A program made the translations under genes and the position numbers. This document shows, piece after piece, positions 1 to 8,977 of a stretch of DNA of 64,000 nucleotides; positions within the stretch are counted from its first letter, which is position 1; each line of letters begins with the position of its first letter. The stretch comes from Leptonemataceae bacterium (lineage in GTDB: Bacteria; Spirochaetota; Leptospiria; Leptospirales; Leptonemataceae), in contig OZ245742.1 in assembly GCA_965227295.1 (NCBI GenBank), positions 5,504,001 through 5,568,000 on the forward strand. Direction: 5' to 3'. The notes under the pieces are model-generated. The model saw nothing but the letters and a program-made list of their open reading frames with translations. It did not search any database and was not told the origin of the DNA.

Positions 1-1
1 G

Positions 2-595
2 ATCGCCAACATCATGGCGGGCATCGTCGTCACATACATGCGTCCGTTCCAGGTGGGCGATCGCGTGAAGATCGCCGACACGGTGGGCGACGTGGTGGAA
101 AAGACCCTGCTCGTGACGCGCGTGCGCACGACGAAGAACGTGGACATCACGATTCCCAACGGCATGGTCCTCGCGTCACACATCATCAACTACAGTTCAT
201 CCGCGCGAGACCCGGGCCTGTTGCTGCACACTACCGTGACCATCGGCTACGACGTGCCCCACGAAAAGGTGCGCGATCTGTTGATCGCCGCGGCGCGAGC
301 GGTCCCCGAGGTTCGGGACGAGCCGGCCCCGTTCGTGTTGCAGACGAGCCTGGACGATTACTACGTGAGCTACGAACTGAACGCCTGCACCGAACACGCC
401 GGCCGCATGGCGGCGATCTATTCGGACATTCACGCGCGCATTCTCGAAAGCTTTCACGCGGCGGGAGTCGAGATCATGTCGCCGCACTTCTACGCCCTGC
501 GGGACGGCAGCCCGGCGAACATCCCGGCGGCTCATCTTCCGAAAGACTACAGTGCGCCGCCGTTTCAGGTAAACGTGCAGCGACACGGATCTTAA
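2..595 (+). CDS. MscS-family mechanosensitive ion channel, 5'-truncated by the window edge
   Basis: Frame is open from base 2 (IANIMAG...). [30 protein letters not shown] and VTIGYDVP are MscS beta/C-terminal motifs. Confidence 0.9.
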   Translation: MANIMAGIVVTYMRPFQVGDRVKIADTVGDVVEKTLLVTRVRTTKNVDITIPNGMVLASHIINYSSSARDPGLLLHTTVTIGYDVPHEKVRDLLIAAARAVPEVRDEPAPFVLQTSLDDYYVSYELNACTEHAGRMAAIYSDIHARILESFHAAGVEIMSPHFYALRDGSPANIPAAHLPKDYSAPPFQVNVQRHGS

Positions 596-596
596 G

Positions 597-1412
597 TTAA
601 GATGGTCGCTTGTTAATGGGTTGCCACAGCCCGATCACTTTCAAGAACGCCGTCGTAAAGCGCGGCATCTTCATGTAGAACTTCACGAAGAACCAGAGCA
701 GGAACGGGAAGATGTGCTCGCGTTTGTTTTTGCGGATGACGCGCACGGTTTCCCGCGCCACCCGCTCGGGCTTGAGGATGGGCAGCAGTTTCTGAATGCG
801 CGGATACCAGCCCATGTCGGCGTCGTTGCGTTCGAAGTAGCCGGTATCCACCTGGGCCGGGCAGAGCAAGGTAACGCCGATCCCCCGGTGCGCGAACTCT
901 TCGTACAGGGCGAAGGACAAACCGGTCATGGCAAATCTTCCGGCGGCGTACGGGAGCATGTAGGGCAACGAAAAGTATCCGGCCGGGCTGGTAAGATTGA
1001 CGATGTGTCCGCGACCGCGCGCAAGCATGCCGGGGATGACGTGATGGATGGCGACGATGGTCGCCGCGAATGGAAGCTGCACCGGCGCCAGGGCCTCGGC
1101 GGCGCTCATTTGTTCGAGGGGCTTGAACGTTCCGACGCCGGCGTTGTTGATGAGAATATCGATCGCGCCGTAACGTTGTTCGATTGCGATGAGCACCGGT
1201 GGTATTTTTTGATGGTCGCTGAGGTCGCAGGCGTGGGCCGAAGCACGGCCGCCCGCGCTTTCGATTTCCTGAACCACGGCATCCAGCTTCGATTGCGTGC
1301 GCGCGAGCACGGCGACGATGCAGCCTTCTTGTGCCAGTTGCAACGCAATGGCCCGGCCGATGCCCTGAGACGCGCCGGTGACCACGGCGACTTTTCCGTT
1401 AAGATCTTTCAT
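597..1412 (-). CDS. Short-chain dehydrogenase/reductase
   Basis: TGASQGIG Rossmann motif and NNAG. The catalytic YxxxK appears as YAAGR. Confidence 0.9.
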   Translation of the reverse strand: MKDLNGKVAVVTGASQGIGRAIALQLAQEGCIVAVLARTQSKLDAVVQEIESAGGRASAHACDLSDHQKIPPVLIAIEQRYGAIDILINNAGVGTFKPLEQMSAAEALAPVQLPFAATIVAIHHVIPGMLARGRGHIVNLTSPAGYFSLPYMLPYAAGRFAMTGLSFALYEEFAHRGIGVTLLCPAQVDTGYFERNDADMGWYPRIQKLLPILKPERVARETVRVIRKNKREHIFPFLLWFFVKFYMKMPRFTTAFLKVIGLWQPINKRPS

Positions 1413-1520
1413 GGTTTCTCCTGTAACGCTCGATCATCCTCTACATGGAAATACGTCAGCATTGACATAAAGATTCGGATGGACAATCATTTTCAGCTGC
1501 ATACAAGAGGCTGTTCTTCT

Positions 1521-2777
1521 ATGAATAAAAGTTTTTTGAAGTTCCTGTATCCCCGCGTCGACGCACGCATCCTCGATGTGGTCCGCGCCGAGACGCGCCG
1601 CAACCTGGCCCAGCTCGCACGCATTCGCCTGTGGGCGGCGTTGGCCTGGCTCGTGATGTCCGTGGTCGCCAGCGCAATGACGAAAGCGCCGGACTGGTAC
1701 AACACGCTGCCGTACATCGTCGGTTACGTTCTGCTGGCGTTGTTCTTTCGTTTCGCGCCGCAGGAGCGCACGTTTTTTCGCCGGTTGAATCTGTGGGTCG
1801 TTCCGCTCGCGGATTTGCCGATCGTCTTTTTCGCCATGTACGAATCGCTCCAGGTGAATCCGCATCCGCAACTGGCGGCCATGTCGGCGACGATCGTCTT
1901 CGTCGTCTTCATTCTCGCGGCGCCATCCAGCATCTACATCGGCCCCACGGTCCTGGCTGTCGTCGAAAGCATCGTGTTTACGAGCATCTTACTACACAGC
2001 GCCGGCGTTACGTTTCCACAGTGGGTGCCCTCGTTCGCATTGATCCTGATCGTCGCTGGAGTGACGGCCACGATCATCTCCCGGCGCGTGTTGACGATCG
2101 CCGCGCAGTACGCCGAGGAACGGACGTTGCGCAATCGCATGGGCCGCTACTTTTCCCCGGCAGTGGCCGATCGCATCTTAACAAACCGCCACGATGACGA
2201 ACGCAGCGTGGTGGAGAGCCGCGTGGTCACCGTGCTCTTCGCCGACATCCGCGGCTTCACGTCCATGTCCGAAACGATGCGCGGCGAAGACGTCGCCGAT
2301 CTCTTAAACGATTATCTTTCGCGCATGGTAAACGTCATCTTCGCCCACGGCGGCACCCTGGATAAGTTCATGGGCGACGGCATCCTGGCCTACTTCGGCG
2401 CGCCCCTGGACCTGCCGGACCACGGCGCCCTGGGCGTACGCTGCGCGCTGTCGATGATCGAGAGCCTCGAAGATCTGAACAAAGAACGCCGGGCCCGCGG
2501 CGAAGGTGATCTCGCGATCGGCATCGGCCTGAATACGGGACCGGCCGTTCTCGGCGACATCGGCCCGGACATTCGCAAAGAGTATACCGTAATCGGTGAT
2601 ACGGTGAACTTAGCGTCGCGCATTGAATCGCTGACGAAGACCATCGGCGTGTCGATCCTGGCGAGCGAGGCGACGATGCGCGCGGCGGAGGACGACTTCG
2701 ATTGGGAGAAGCGAGAGGCGTTACCGGTCCGCGGCAAGAGCGAACCGGTGCTGACGTTTACTCCGCGGGCGCGGTGA
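1521..2777 (+). CDS. Membrane-anchored class III adenylate/guanylate cyclase
   Basis: About six hydrophobic helices, then [17 protein letters not shown] and [14 protein letters not shown]. Start taken at ATG 1521; the 621 extension overlaps the antisense SDR gene. Confidence 0.9.
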   Translation: MNKSFLKFLYPRVDARILDVVRAETRRNLAQLARIRLWAALAWLVMSVVASAMTKAPDWYNTLPYIVGYVLLALFFRFAPQERTFFRRLNLWVVPLADLPIVFFAMYESLQVNPHPQLAAMSATIVFVVFILAAPSSIYIGPTVLAVVESIVFTSILLHSAGVTFPQWVPSFALILIVAGVTATIISRRVLTIAAQYAEERTLRNRMGRYFSPAVADRILTNRHDDERSVVESRVVTVLFADIRGFTSMSETMRGEDVADLLNDYLSRMVNVIFAHGGTLDKFMGDGILAYFGAPLDLPDHGALGVRCALSMIESLEDLNKERRARGEGDLAIGIGLNTGPAVLGDIGPDIRKEYTVIGDTVNLASRIESLTKTIGVSILASEATMRAAEDDFDWEKREALPVRGKSEPVLTFTPRAR

Positions 2778-2788
2778 GAGAATTTTTT

Positions 2789-2955
2789 ACTCCGAGGACC
2801 GAGACACCGAGGGAAAGATGGGAGAGTTGTCGGGCGAAAGCAAGATGGTTCAGTATGATGGAATCATTTATAAAGAATAAACCATCCGTAACTCACAAAC
2901 GTTCATTATACGATTACCCTCACAATCTTCCCCTCGGCACCTCGGCCCTCGGAGT
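2789..2955. repeat. CCGAG(G)-triplet inverted-repeat element, copy 1
   Basis: Left arm actccgaggaccgagacaccgagggaaagat; right arm atcttcccctcggcacctcggccctcggagt; AT-rich core. Confidence 0.85.
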
Positions 2956-3053
2956 CCGACCTTCCCCGCCACGCACTCAAGTGCACCCGCCATCGCAGCG
3001 GCAGGCCTCATTTTCGGTTGACCCGGTCCGTTCCGCGTGTCGTCTAAGTCGCC

Positions 3054-4373
3054 ATGGAAGTTCTCGGCGGCGGTTTGGTTTTTTTCGGTGCGTGCCTCGT
3101 TCTCGCGGCGGCGGTCCTGGTTTCGGTGCGACTCTATCAGGAGCGGCCGGAGTTCGTGCTCAAAGTCATGAAATACGGCCTCATCGGCGTGTTTCTCTTA
3201 GGTTTCAGTGCGGCGTCATTAGTGATCGGCCTGCGTATTGACGAACGGCACTCGTCCAGCTACAGCCGCGGCCTCAAGTCCGTGAACGAGATCTGGGGCG
3301 GGCAAATGCAGCAGTACCCGCCGGCGTTTTACTATCGTGAGAACGTAACGCAAGAGTACACCAACGAAAAAACGGGCAAGATCGAACGGCGCACCGTCTC
3401 CGAATCCCGGGACATGGGCATGGACGCACAAAAGGTCCGCGTCAAAGTCGACGCCAATGTCCGCCGTAAAGGCCTCTTAGAATACGCCGGATACGACTTA
3501 GCCTTCGAGGGCACGTACACCGTGCGCAACTTTCAGAAACAGCGCCGGGAGTTCTATTTCGATTTCACGTTGCCCCAGGGTGCCGGCAATATCACGGGCA
3601 TCCAGGTGGAGCTGGACGGTAAACCGTATACCGGCGACTCCAACCTGGCGAACGGCATCAACTGGAACGGCGTGCTTGCTCCCGGCGAAGAGCGGGTCTT
3701 CAAGATCACCTACGCCGCGAAGGGCACCGAGCGTTTCGACTATCTACTCGGCAACACCACGCGAGAGCTGCGCAGCCTGGATTTCGTCGTGCTGACCGAT
3801 TACACTGACGTGCGCATTCCGGATACGTCCATGGCCCCGGTGGAGCGGGCCGGAGATTCCGAGGGCAGTCGCTTCGTGTGGCGCGGCGAAAACCTGGTGA
3901 CGGGGCAGAACATCGCGCTGCGCTTCGAACTGGAAGGGAACTACGGCTCCATCGCCGCGAAGCTGTTTTATTATTCGCCGCTGGCCCTGGCGCTCTTCAC
4001 GGGTTTTCTCTTGATCATGAACGCCGCGAAGCAATTGCGCCTGCATCCCATGCACTTTCTTTTTCTGCTCACGGGCTTTTTCATTTTTTATCTGTTCGGT
4101 TCTTACGTGATCTCGTTCGTGCACGTCATCCTGGGATTCGTCCTGGCGTTGCTGCTGTCCACGGGTGTAATGTTGTACTACGTGAAGTTAATCAAGAAAG
4201 ACGCCGTGCTCATGCAGACCATCGCCTTCGGAGCGGGCATGTTCCAGTGGGTGTTTTCGACGGCGTTCTTCTTTCCGGCCTATACCGGATTTCTCATTAC
4301 GATCGCCGCCATCCTGGCCTTTGTGGCCCTCATGCGCTCCACGGCGGACGTGGACTGGGAGAGCAAGTGGTGA
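3054..4373 (+). CDS. CreD-like inner membrane protein
   Basis: N-terminal TM helices, then IDER...SVNEIWGG, a large soluble loop and a C-terminal multi-TM region with LHPMHF (compare CreD IHPxQY). Confidence 0.7.
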   Translation: MEVLGGGLVFFGACLVLAAAVLVSVRLYQERPEFVLKVMKYGLIGVFLLGFSAASLVIGLRIDERHSSSYSRGLKSVNEIWGGQMQQYPPAFYYRENVTQEYTNEKTGKIERRTVSESRDMGMDAQKVRVKVDANVRRKGLLEYAGYDLAFEGTYTVRNFQKQRREFYFDFTLPQGAGNITGIQVELDGKPYTGDSNLANGINWNGVLAPGEERVFKITYAAKGTERFDYLLGNTTRELRSLDFVVLTDYTDVRIPDTSMAPVERAGDSEGSRFVWRGENLVTGQNIALRFELEGNYGSIAAKLFYYSPLALALFTGFLLIMNAAKQLRLHPMHFLFLLTGFFIFYLFGSYVISFVHVILGFVLALLLSTGVMLYYVKLIKKDAVLMQTIAFGAGMFQWVFSTAFFFPAYTGFLITIAAILAFVALMRSTADVDWESKW

Positions 4374-4429
4374 ATCATCATTCCGTAAATGCTTGATCTC
4401 CAGGGCGGCGTCTGTAATATTCGCCGCCT

Positions 4430-5356
4430 ATGGGTGTCGATGAAGTCCAGTTGAATTTTAACCCCACGTCCCTGATGGTGCTGAACGTCATCCTGGGCCT
4501 GGTGATGTTCGGCATCGCCCTGGATTTACGGGTGGCCGACTTTCGCAACGTGCTGCGCACGCCGAAGGGCCCGCTCATCGGCGCGCTGGCGCAGTTTTTG
4601 TTACTGCCGGCCATTACCTATGGACTCACCCTCATCGTGGACCCGCTGCCGTCCATCGCTCTCGGCATGATGCTCGTCGCGGCCTGTCCGGGCGGCAACA
4701 TCTCGAATTTTATCACGCACATCAGCCGCGGAAACACGGCGCTGTCCGTGAGCATGACGGCGCTCTCCACCGCGGCGGCCATCATCTTCACGCCGATCAA
4801 CATTGCCTTCTGGGGCTCATTGAATCCGAAGACCAGCGCCATCCTCACGGAAGTCGAACTCGATCCGTTGCAGATTCTTCTGACGGTCTTTCTCTTGCTC
4901 GGCGTACCGTTGGTGTTGGGCATGGGCATCTCTCATCTCCGGCCGGCCATCGCGCACAAACTCAAGAAACCGTTTCGCATCTTTTCGATGGTGTTCTTCG
5001 GCATCTTCGTACTCGGCGCCCTGGCCGCGAACTGGCAGCACTTTCTAAATTACGTAGGCCTCGTCGCCATCGTCGTGGCGATTCACAACGCCATCGCCTT
5101 TACCATCGGCTACTCGTCCGCCCGCGCATCGGGGCTTTCGAAGTACGACAGCCGCGCCGTGTGCATTGAAACCGGCATTCAGAATTCCGGGCTCGGACTC
5201 ATTCTGATTTTCAACTTCTTCGGCGGCCTGGGCGGCATGGCGATCATCGCGGCCTGGTGGGGCGTGTGGCACATCATCGCCGGATTTTCGGTGGCGTGGA
5301 TGTTTTCGCGAAGATCACCCCACCCGCCGGGCAGCGAAATACCGGCGGGGACTTGA
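4430..5356 (+). CDS. Bile acid:sodium symporter (BASS) family transporter
   Basis: MFGIALDL, ACPGGNISN and IETGIQNSGLG motifs; highly hydrophobic. Confidence 0.92.
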   Translation: MGVDEVQLNFNPTSLMVLNVILGLVMFGIALDLRVADFRNVLRTPKGPLIGALAQFLLLPAITYGLTLIVDPLPSIALGMMLVAACPGGNISNFITHISRGNTALSVSMTALSTAAAIIFTPINIAFWGSLNPKTSAILTEVELDPLQILLTVFLLLGVPLVLGMGISHLRPAIAHKLKKPFRIFSMVFFGIFVLGALAANWQHFLNYVGLVAIVVAIHNAIAFTIGYSSARASGLSKYDSRAVCIETGIQNSGLGLILIFNFFGGLGGMAIIAAWWGVWHIIAGFSVAWMFSRRSPHPPGSEIPAGT

Positions 5357-5368
5357 GCATTCGGGAGG

Positions 5369-5556
5369 AGATTTACACCGAGGCTCCGAGGCGCCGAGGA
5401 TTTTGGGGAGGGTCATCGCAGGGGAGACGCGCGAAGGTAATTCGTGGTTAATCTTATTTTAGTTTAATCTAATGCAATATCAATTGCAGAACAGCGTAAA
5501 TCCCACCGCGACTCTCCCCGTCTTCCCTCGGCGCCTCGGAGCCTCGGTGTAAATCT
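5369..5556. repeat. CCGAG(G)-triplet inverted-repeat element, copy 2
   Basis: Perfect 31-bp inverted repeat agatttacaccgaggctccgaggcgccgagg (5369-5399 / 5526-5556) between convergent genes. Confidence 0.9.
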
Positions 5557-5566
5557 TCGTTCTTGC

Positions 5567-8059
5567 CTACCCCGCGTTCCTCGCGATCGCTTCCCAGAGC
5601 GGCTTCTTCAGGATCGGCTTCGTTAAGTGCTCGTTGCAACCGACCGCCCGGCTCTTCTCGATGTCCTCTTTCCGCGCGTGGGCCGTGAGTGCGAGGATCG
5701 GCACAGGAGCGAGACCCTGGCTCTCCTCCCATTCCCGGATGTGCCGGGTGGCCGTGTAACCGTCCATGACCGGCATCTGAATATCCATGAGCACCAGGTC
5801 GTAACGTTTGTCTTTGGCCCGGTCCACGGCCTCGGCGCCGTTGCGGGCGTAGTCAAGATGCGCATTCGCCTTCTTAAGATATGCTGTAATCAAGTTAAGA
5901 TTGTCTTCGTTGTCGTCGGCGAGCAAAATATTCAGGCCCTCGGGAAACGGCAGGGGTTGCGGGTGCGCGGTTTTTTGATCGCGCAGGCTGGTGCCGGGCA
6001 GTGTGGCGTCGCTGCTTTCCAGCGGCACGCTGAAACGGAACGTGCTGCCCCGGTCCGGCTCGCTCTCCACCCCGATCTCGCCGCCCATGAGTCGGACCAG
6101 TTGCCTGGAGATGGCGAGCCCCAGGCCCGTGCCGCCGTAACGACGCGTCGTCGAAGAGTCCACCTGCGTAAAACTCTCGAAGATTTCGCCGTGTTTCGCA
6201 GCGGGAATGCCGATGCCGGTGTCGCTGACCGAAAACTCGATCACCACCCGAGCGTCGTCCCGTTGCTCCAAAAGCCGCACCTCGATGCGCACCGCCCCCC
6301 CGGACGTAAACTTCACCGCATTACCGGTTAAGTTCGTCAGCACCTGGTCGATACGATTCACGTCGCCGATCAACCTGAGGGGCACATCTTCCGCCACGTG
6401 AAAGTGCAAGTGCAGATCCTTCTCTTTCGCCGCCGGCGCAAAGACGTCGCAAGTATCCGCCACTAACCGCTGCGGATCGAAAACCAGGCGATCCAGTACC
6501 AGGCCGCCGGCTTCGATTTTCGAAAGATCGAGTACGTCGTTCACGAGGCGCAACAGACCATCGCCGCTTCGCATGAGCACACGGACATAGTCGCGTTGTT
6601 CCTGATCCAGACGTTCTCCGGCGCCCTCGTTTAAGAGATCCGCGGCGCCCAGAATCGAGTTCAGCGGCGTCCGCATCTCGTGGGACATCACGGCGAGGAA
6701 CTCGGACTTCGCCCGGCTGCCGGCCTCGGCCCGTTCCCGCGCCGCGGCCAGATCGTTGCGCGACTCTTCCAGTTCCCGCGTGCGTTCACGCACCCGGCGC
6801 TCCAACTCCACGGCGAATCGTTCCTGGGTCCGATACGCCCGCGCAAAACGCACGGCCAGGTACGCGGCCTGGGAAAAGATGAACAGGAAAAATCCGAACG
6901 GCGTGAGATAGACCGTTTGTAAGATCTCCAGGTTGTAGAGGACGTCGTTGACCGCGGTCGCGAAAAAAACGGACCACCCGATCATAAACAACACCGCCCC
7001 GTCTCGACCGCGGTAACAGGCGATTCCGAATACGCCGAACAGACACGCCCCGAGCACCACCACGGCAATCTGGAAGAAACCCATGGTCGCCGTAAACCAT
7101 TGAGACGGGAGCACCAGCGTCGCCAGGCTTAACAGCAACACAGGAATACTTACCAGGAGATGAATCCACCGCGGCATTTCGACGGGAAAGATCCGATGAA
7201 TGAACGCCGCCCACGCCGGCACCGCCAGATAAAATCCCAGGTACTGCAACCGAACATAAAATGTCCAGTCGATGGACGGCCAGATTCTCGACAGAAAATG
7301 CTCACCGGTGGTTAAGGATCGACTGGCCATCAAAAGACAGAAGAGCGCGAAGTACATGAGGTAACGCTCGGACGGGCGCAACGCAAAAAACATGAGATGA
7401 TAAAGCCCCATGGCAATCAGCGCGCCGAAGAGGGACAGTTCCAGGATGCGACGGTTGTCAGTGGACGAACGCAGGCGCTCGAAGTCACCCAGCAGCAGAC
7501 TCGTCCAGGTACCGCCCTTCGCGTGATGAAAATTCGAAATGTGCAGTACAAGCTCGTTCTCGCCGCGTTGCAGCGGAAAGGCCAGCACCTCCGGCCGGTA
7601 GAGCGGTCGCGAGCTCGCCTGATTCTTGCCCGGCTCGCCCTGGGAAAGCAACTCCCGTCCGTTCAGGAAGAGCCGGTAAGCCGTATGCACGGTGGGCGCG
7701 TAGACCGCCGCGGAAATGTTCCGGTCGGCCAGGATCCTTAATCGATAACTGGCGTAACCTTCGCCGGAGAGAGGTTTATCGACACCCGGCGGGGTACTGC
7801 CGTTCCACATGCCCGGCACGGAAATCAACATCGCGGCTTCGCCGTCGGCCGGAGGGTTCGCCGGATCCAGGAAACGACGCCAGTAGAACTCCCACTGCCC
7901 GTCCAGGGCGACGGTACCATCGGACGGTTGCCAGCCGCGCAAATCGAGGACGCCGCTCGCCGGAGCCGGTAGCCCTTCCGGAGCCTGCGCCGTGCAGCCG
8001 ACAAATACTGCCAGCAACAACAGCGCAGACACGAATATTCGTGCAGGGGACGGCGACAT
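5567..8059 (-). CDS. Hybrid sensor histidine kinase/response regulator with 7TM-DISM input
   Basis: Extracellular LDGQWEFYW domain, seven TM helices, H-box FLAVMSHEMRTPLN, NAVKFT, DTGIG, GGTGLGL, and a C-terminal REC domain (LMDIQMP). Confidence 0.93.
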   Translation of the reverse strand: MSPSPARIFVSALLLLAVFVGCTAQAPEGLPAPASGVLDLRGWQPSDGTVALDGQWEFYWRRFLDPANPPADGEAAMLISVPGMWNGSTPPGVDKPLSGEGYASYRLRILADRNISAAVYAPTVHTAYRLFLNGRELLSQGEPGKNQASSRPLYRPEVLAFPLQRGENELVLHISNFHHAKGGTWTSLLLGDFERLRSSTDNRRILELSLFGALIAMGLYHLMFFALRPSERYLMYFALFCLLMASRSLTTGEHFLSRIWPSIDWTFYVRLQYLGFYLAVPAWAAFIHRIFPVEMPRWIHLLVSIPVLLLSLATLVLPSQWFTATMGFFQIAVVVLGACLFGVFGIACYRGRDGAVLFMIGWSVFFATAVNDVLYNLEILQTVYLTPFGFFLFIFSQAAYLAVRFARAYRTQERFAVELERRVRERTRELEESRNDLAAARERAEAGSRAKSEFLAVMSHEMRTPLNSILGAADLLNEGAGERLDQEQRDYVRVLMRSGDGLLRLVNDVLDLSKIEAGGLVLDRLVFDPQRLVADTCDVFAPAAKEKDLHLHFHVAEDVPLRLIGDVNRIDQVLTNLTGNAVKFTSGGAVRIEVRLLEQRDDARVVIEFSVSDTGIGIPAAKHGEIFESFTQVDSSTTRRYGGTGLGLAISRQLVRLMGGEIGVESEPDRGSTFRFSVPLESSDATLPGTSLRDQKTAHPQPLPFPEGLNILLADDNEDNLNLITAYLKKANAHLDYARNGAEAVDRAKDKRYDLVLMDIQMPVMDGYTATRHIREWEESQGLAPVPILALTAHARKEDIEKSRAVGCNEHLTKPILKKPLWEAIARNAG

Positions 8060-8685
8060 CAGGACGACTTCTTTGCCCGGCGACTTTGCGTCGTTTGCTT
8101 ATCCCGCGCCTGCTCCTGCGCGCGCGCTTCCGGCTTGAACCGGCGCATCATACGTGAGTCGAGCAACAGATGCGTGTAATGACCGATAACGCACGCCGCC
8201 GTGTAGATCCAGTTTTCCACCCACCATTCAAAGACGTTCTCCAGTTCAAAGCCCCAGAACCAGGAATCACGCGCGCGTAAGTACTCGTGCGTCACCGCAA
8301 TCAAGAAACCGAAGATCCAGGGCGTGATCAGCCAGTGCGTCCACCCGCGATGTTTGTGCAACATCGGTGCGAAGCCGGCGATGGCCACGAACGCAAGCAC
8401 TTCCAGGTCGCCAATAATGTACAGGCCGATCAGGAAAACGAACATAATGCGAAAGTAGTACTTCTGCGGCGTGGAACCGGTATCGAGGTCCGGAAAGAGT
8501 CCCATGAACCAGGCCAGGAACGAAGCCGTGATGAGCCGGCGCAGATCGCCGCCTTCTTCCATGGGATTGCGGACGAACTCTTCGAGTTCCGCCATGGTCG
8601 GTTCCACCTGGCCGGTGACGACTGCCAGCGCGCCCACCGCGGCACCGGCAACGATGGCTCCCTGGATGTGCTGGGGGAAATTCAC
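8059..8685 (-). CDS. Membrane-bound metal-dependent hydrolase (YdjM/DUF2227-like)
   Basis: PDLD, HRGWTH and GHYTHLLLD motifs. Start inferred at GTG 8685 (ORF track gives 8760). Confidence 0.75.
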   Translation of the reverse strand: MNFPQHIQGAIVAGAAVGALAVVTGQVEPTMAELEEFVRNPMEEGGDLRRLITASFLAWFMGLFPDLDTGSTPQKYYFRIMFVFLIGLYIIGDLEVLAFVAIAGFAPMLHKHRGWTHWLITPWIFGFLIAVTHEYLRARDSWFWGFELENVFEWWVENWIYTAACVIGHYTHLLLDSRMMRRFKPEARAQEQARDKQTTQSRRAKKSS

Positions 8686-8763
8686 ACGTACGTCATAGAA
8701 CGGATTGTGCCAGGTGTAAAGTTGGAATCGAACACAACAGTTTGGATAAAAATGCGGCACGAC

Positions 8764-8880
8764 TTTTTTGGGCGCCCCCTTTCGCTACGCGAAAGGTCGG
8801 GCTACTCCGGGCTCCGCTGTCGCTGCGGTCTCGCTACGCGAGACTGGCGGCTGCGCCGCCACCCTGCGTATCCCTGGCGC
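8764..8880 (+). ncRNA. Flavo-1-like structured repeat/ncRNA, copy 1
   Basis: ttttttgggcgcc...ggtcgggct...atccctggcgc with a closing stem and three internal hairpins. Two more copies lie at 45810-46050. The family name comes from recalled consensus, not a CM search. Confidence 0.6.
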
Positions 8881-8977
8881 GAAGAATCGCAGACCGGAAT
8901 CTTTTTTTCTATTGAAGCCAGCACGCGCCTCTGGTTGATTAGGTGCAGCACTTCGCCGGAGTTTTCATTATCCCACT

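Noticed and set aside
621..1520. 300-aa N-terminal extension of the cyclase ORF
   Set aside because: It is the antisense shadow of the SDR gene; the plausible protein starts at 1521.
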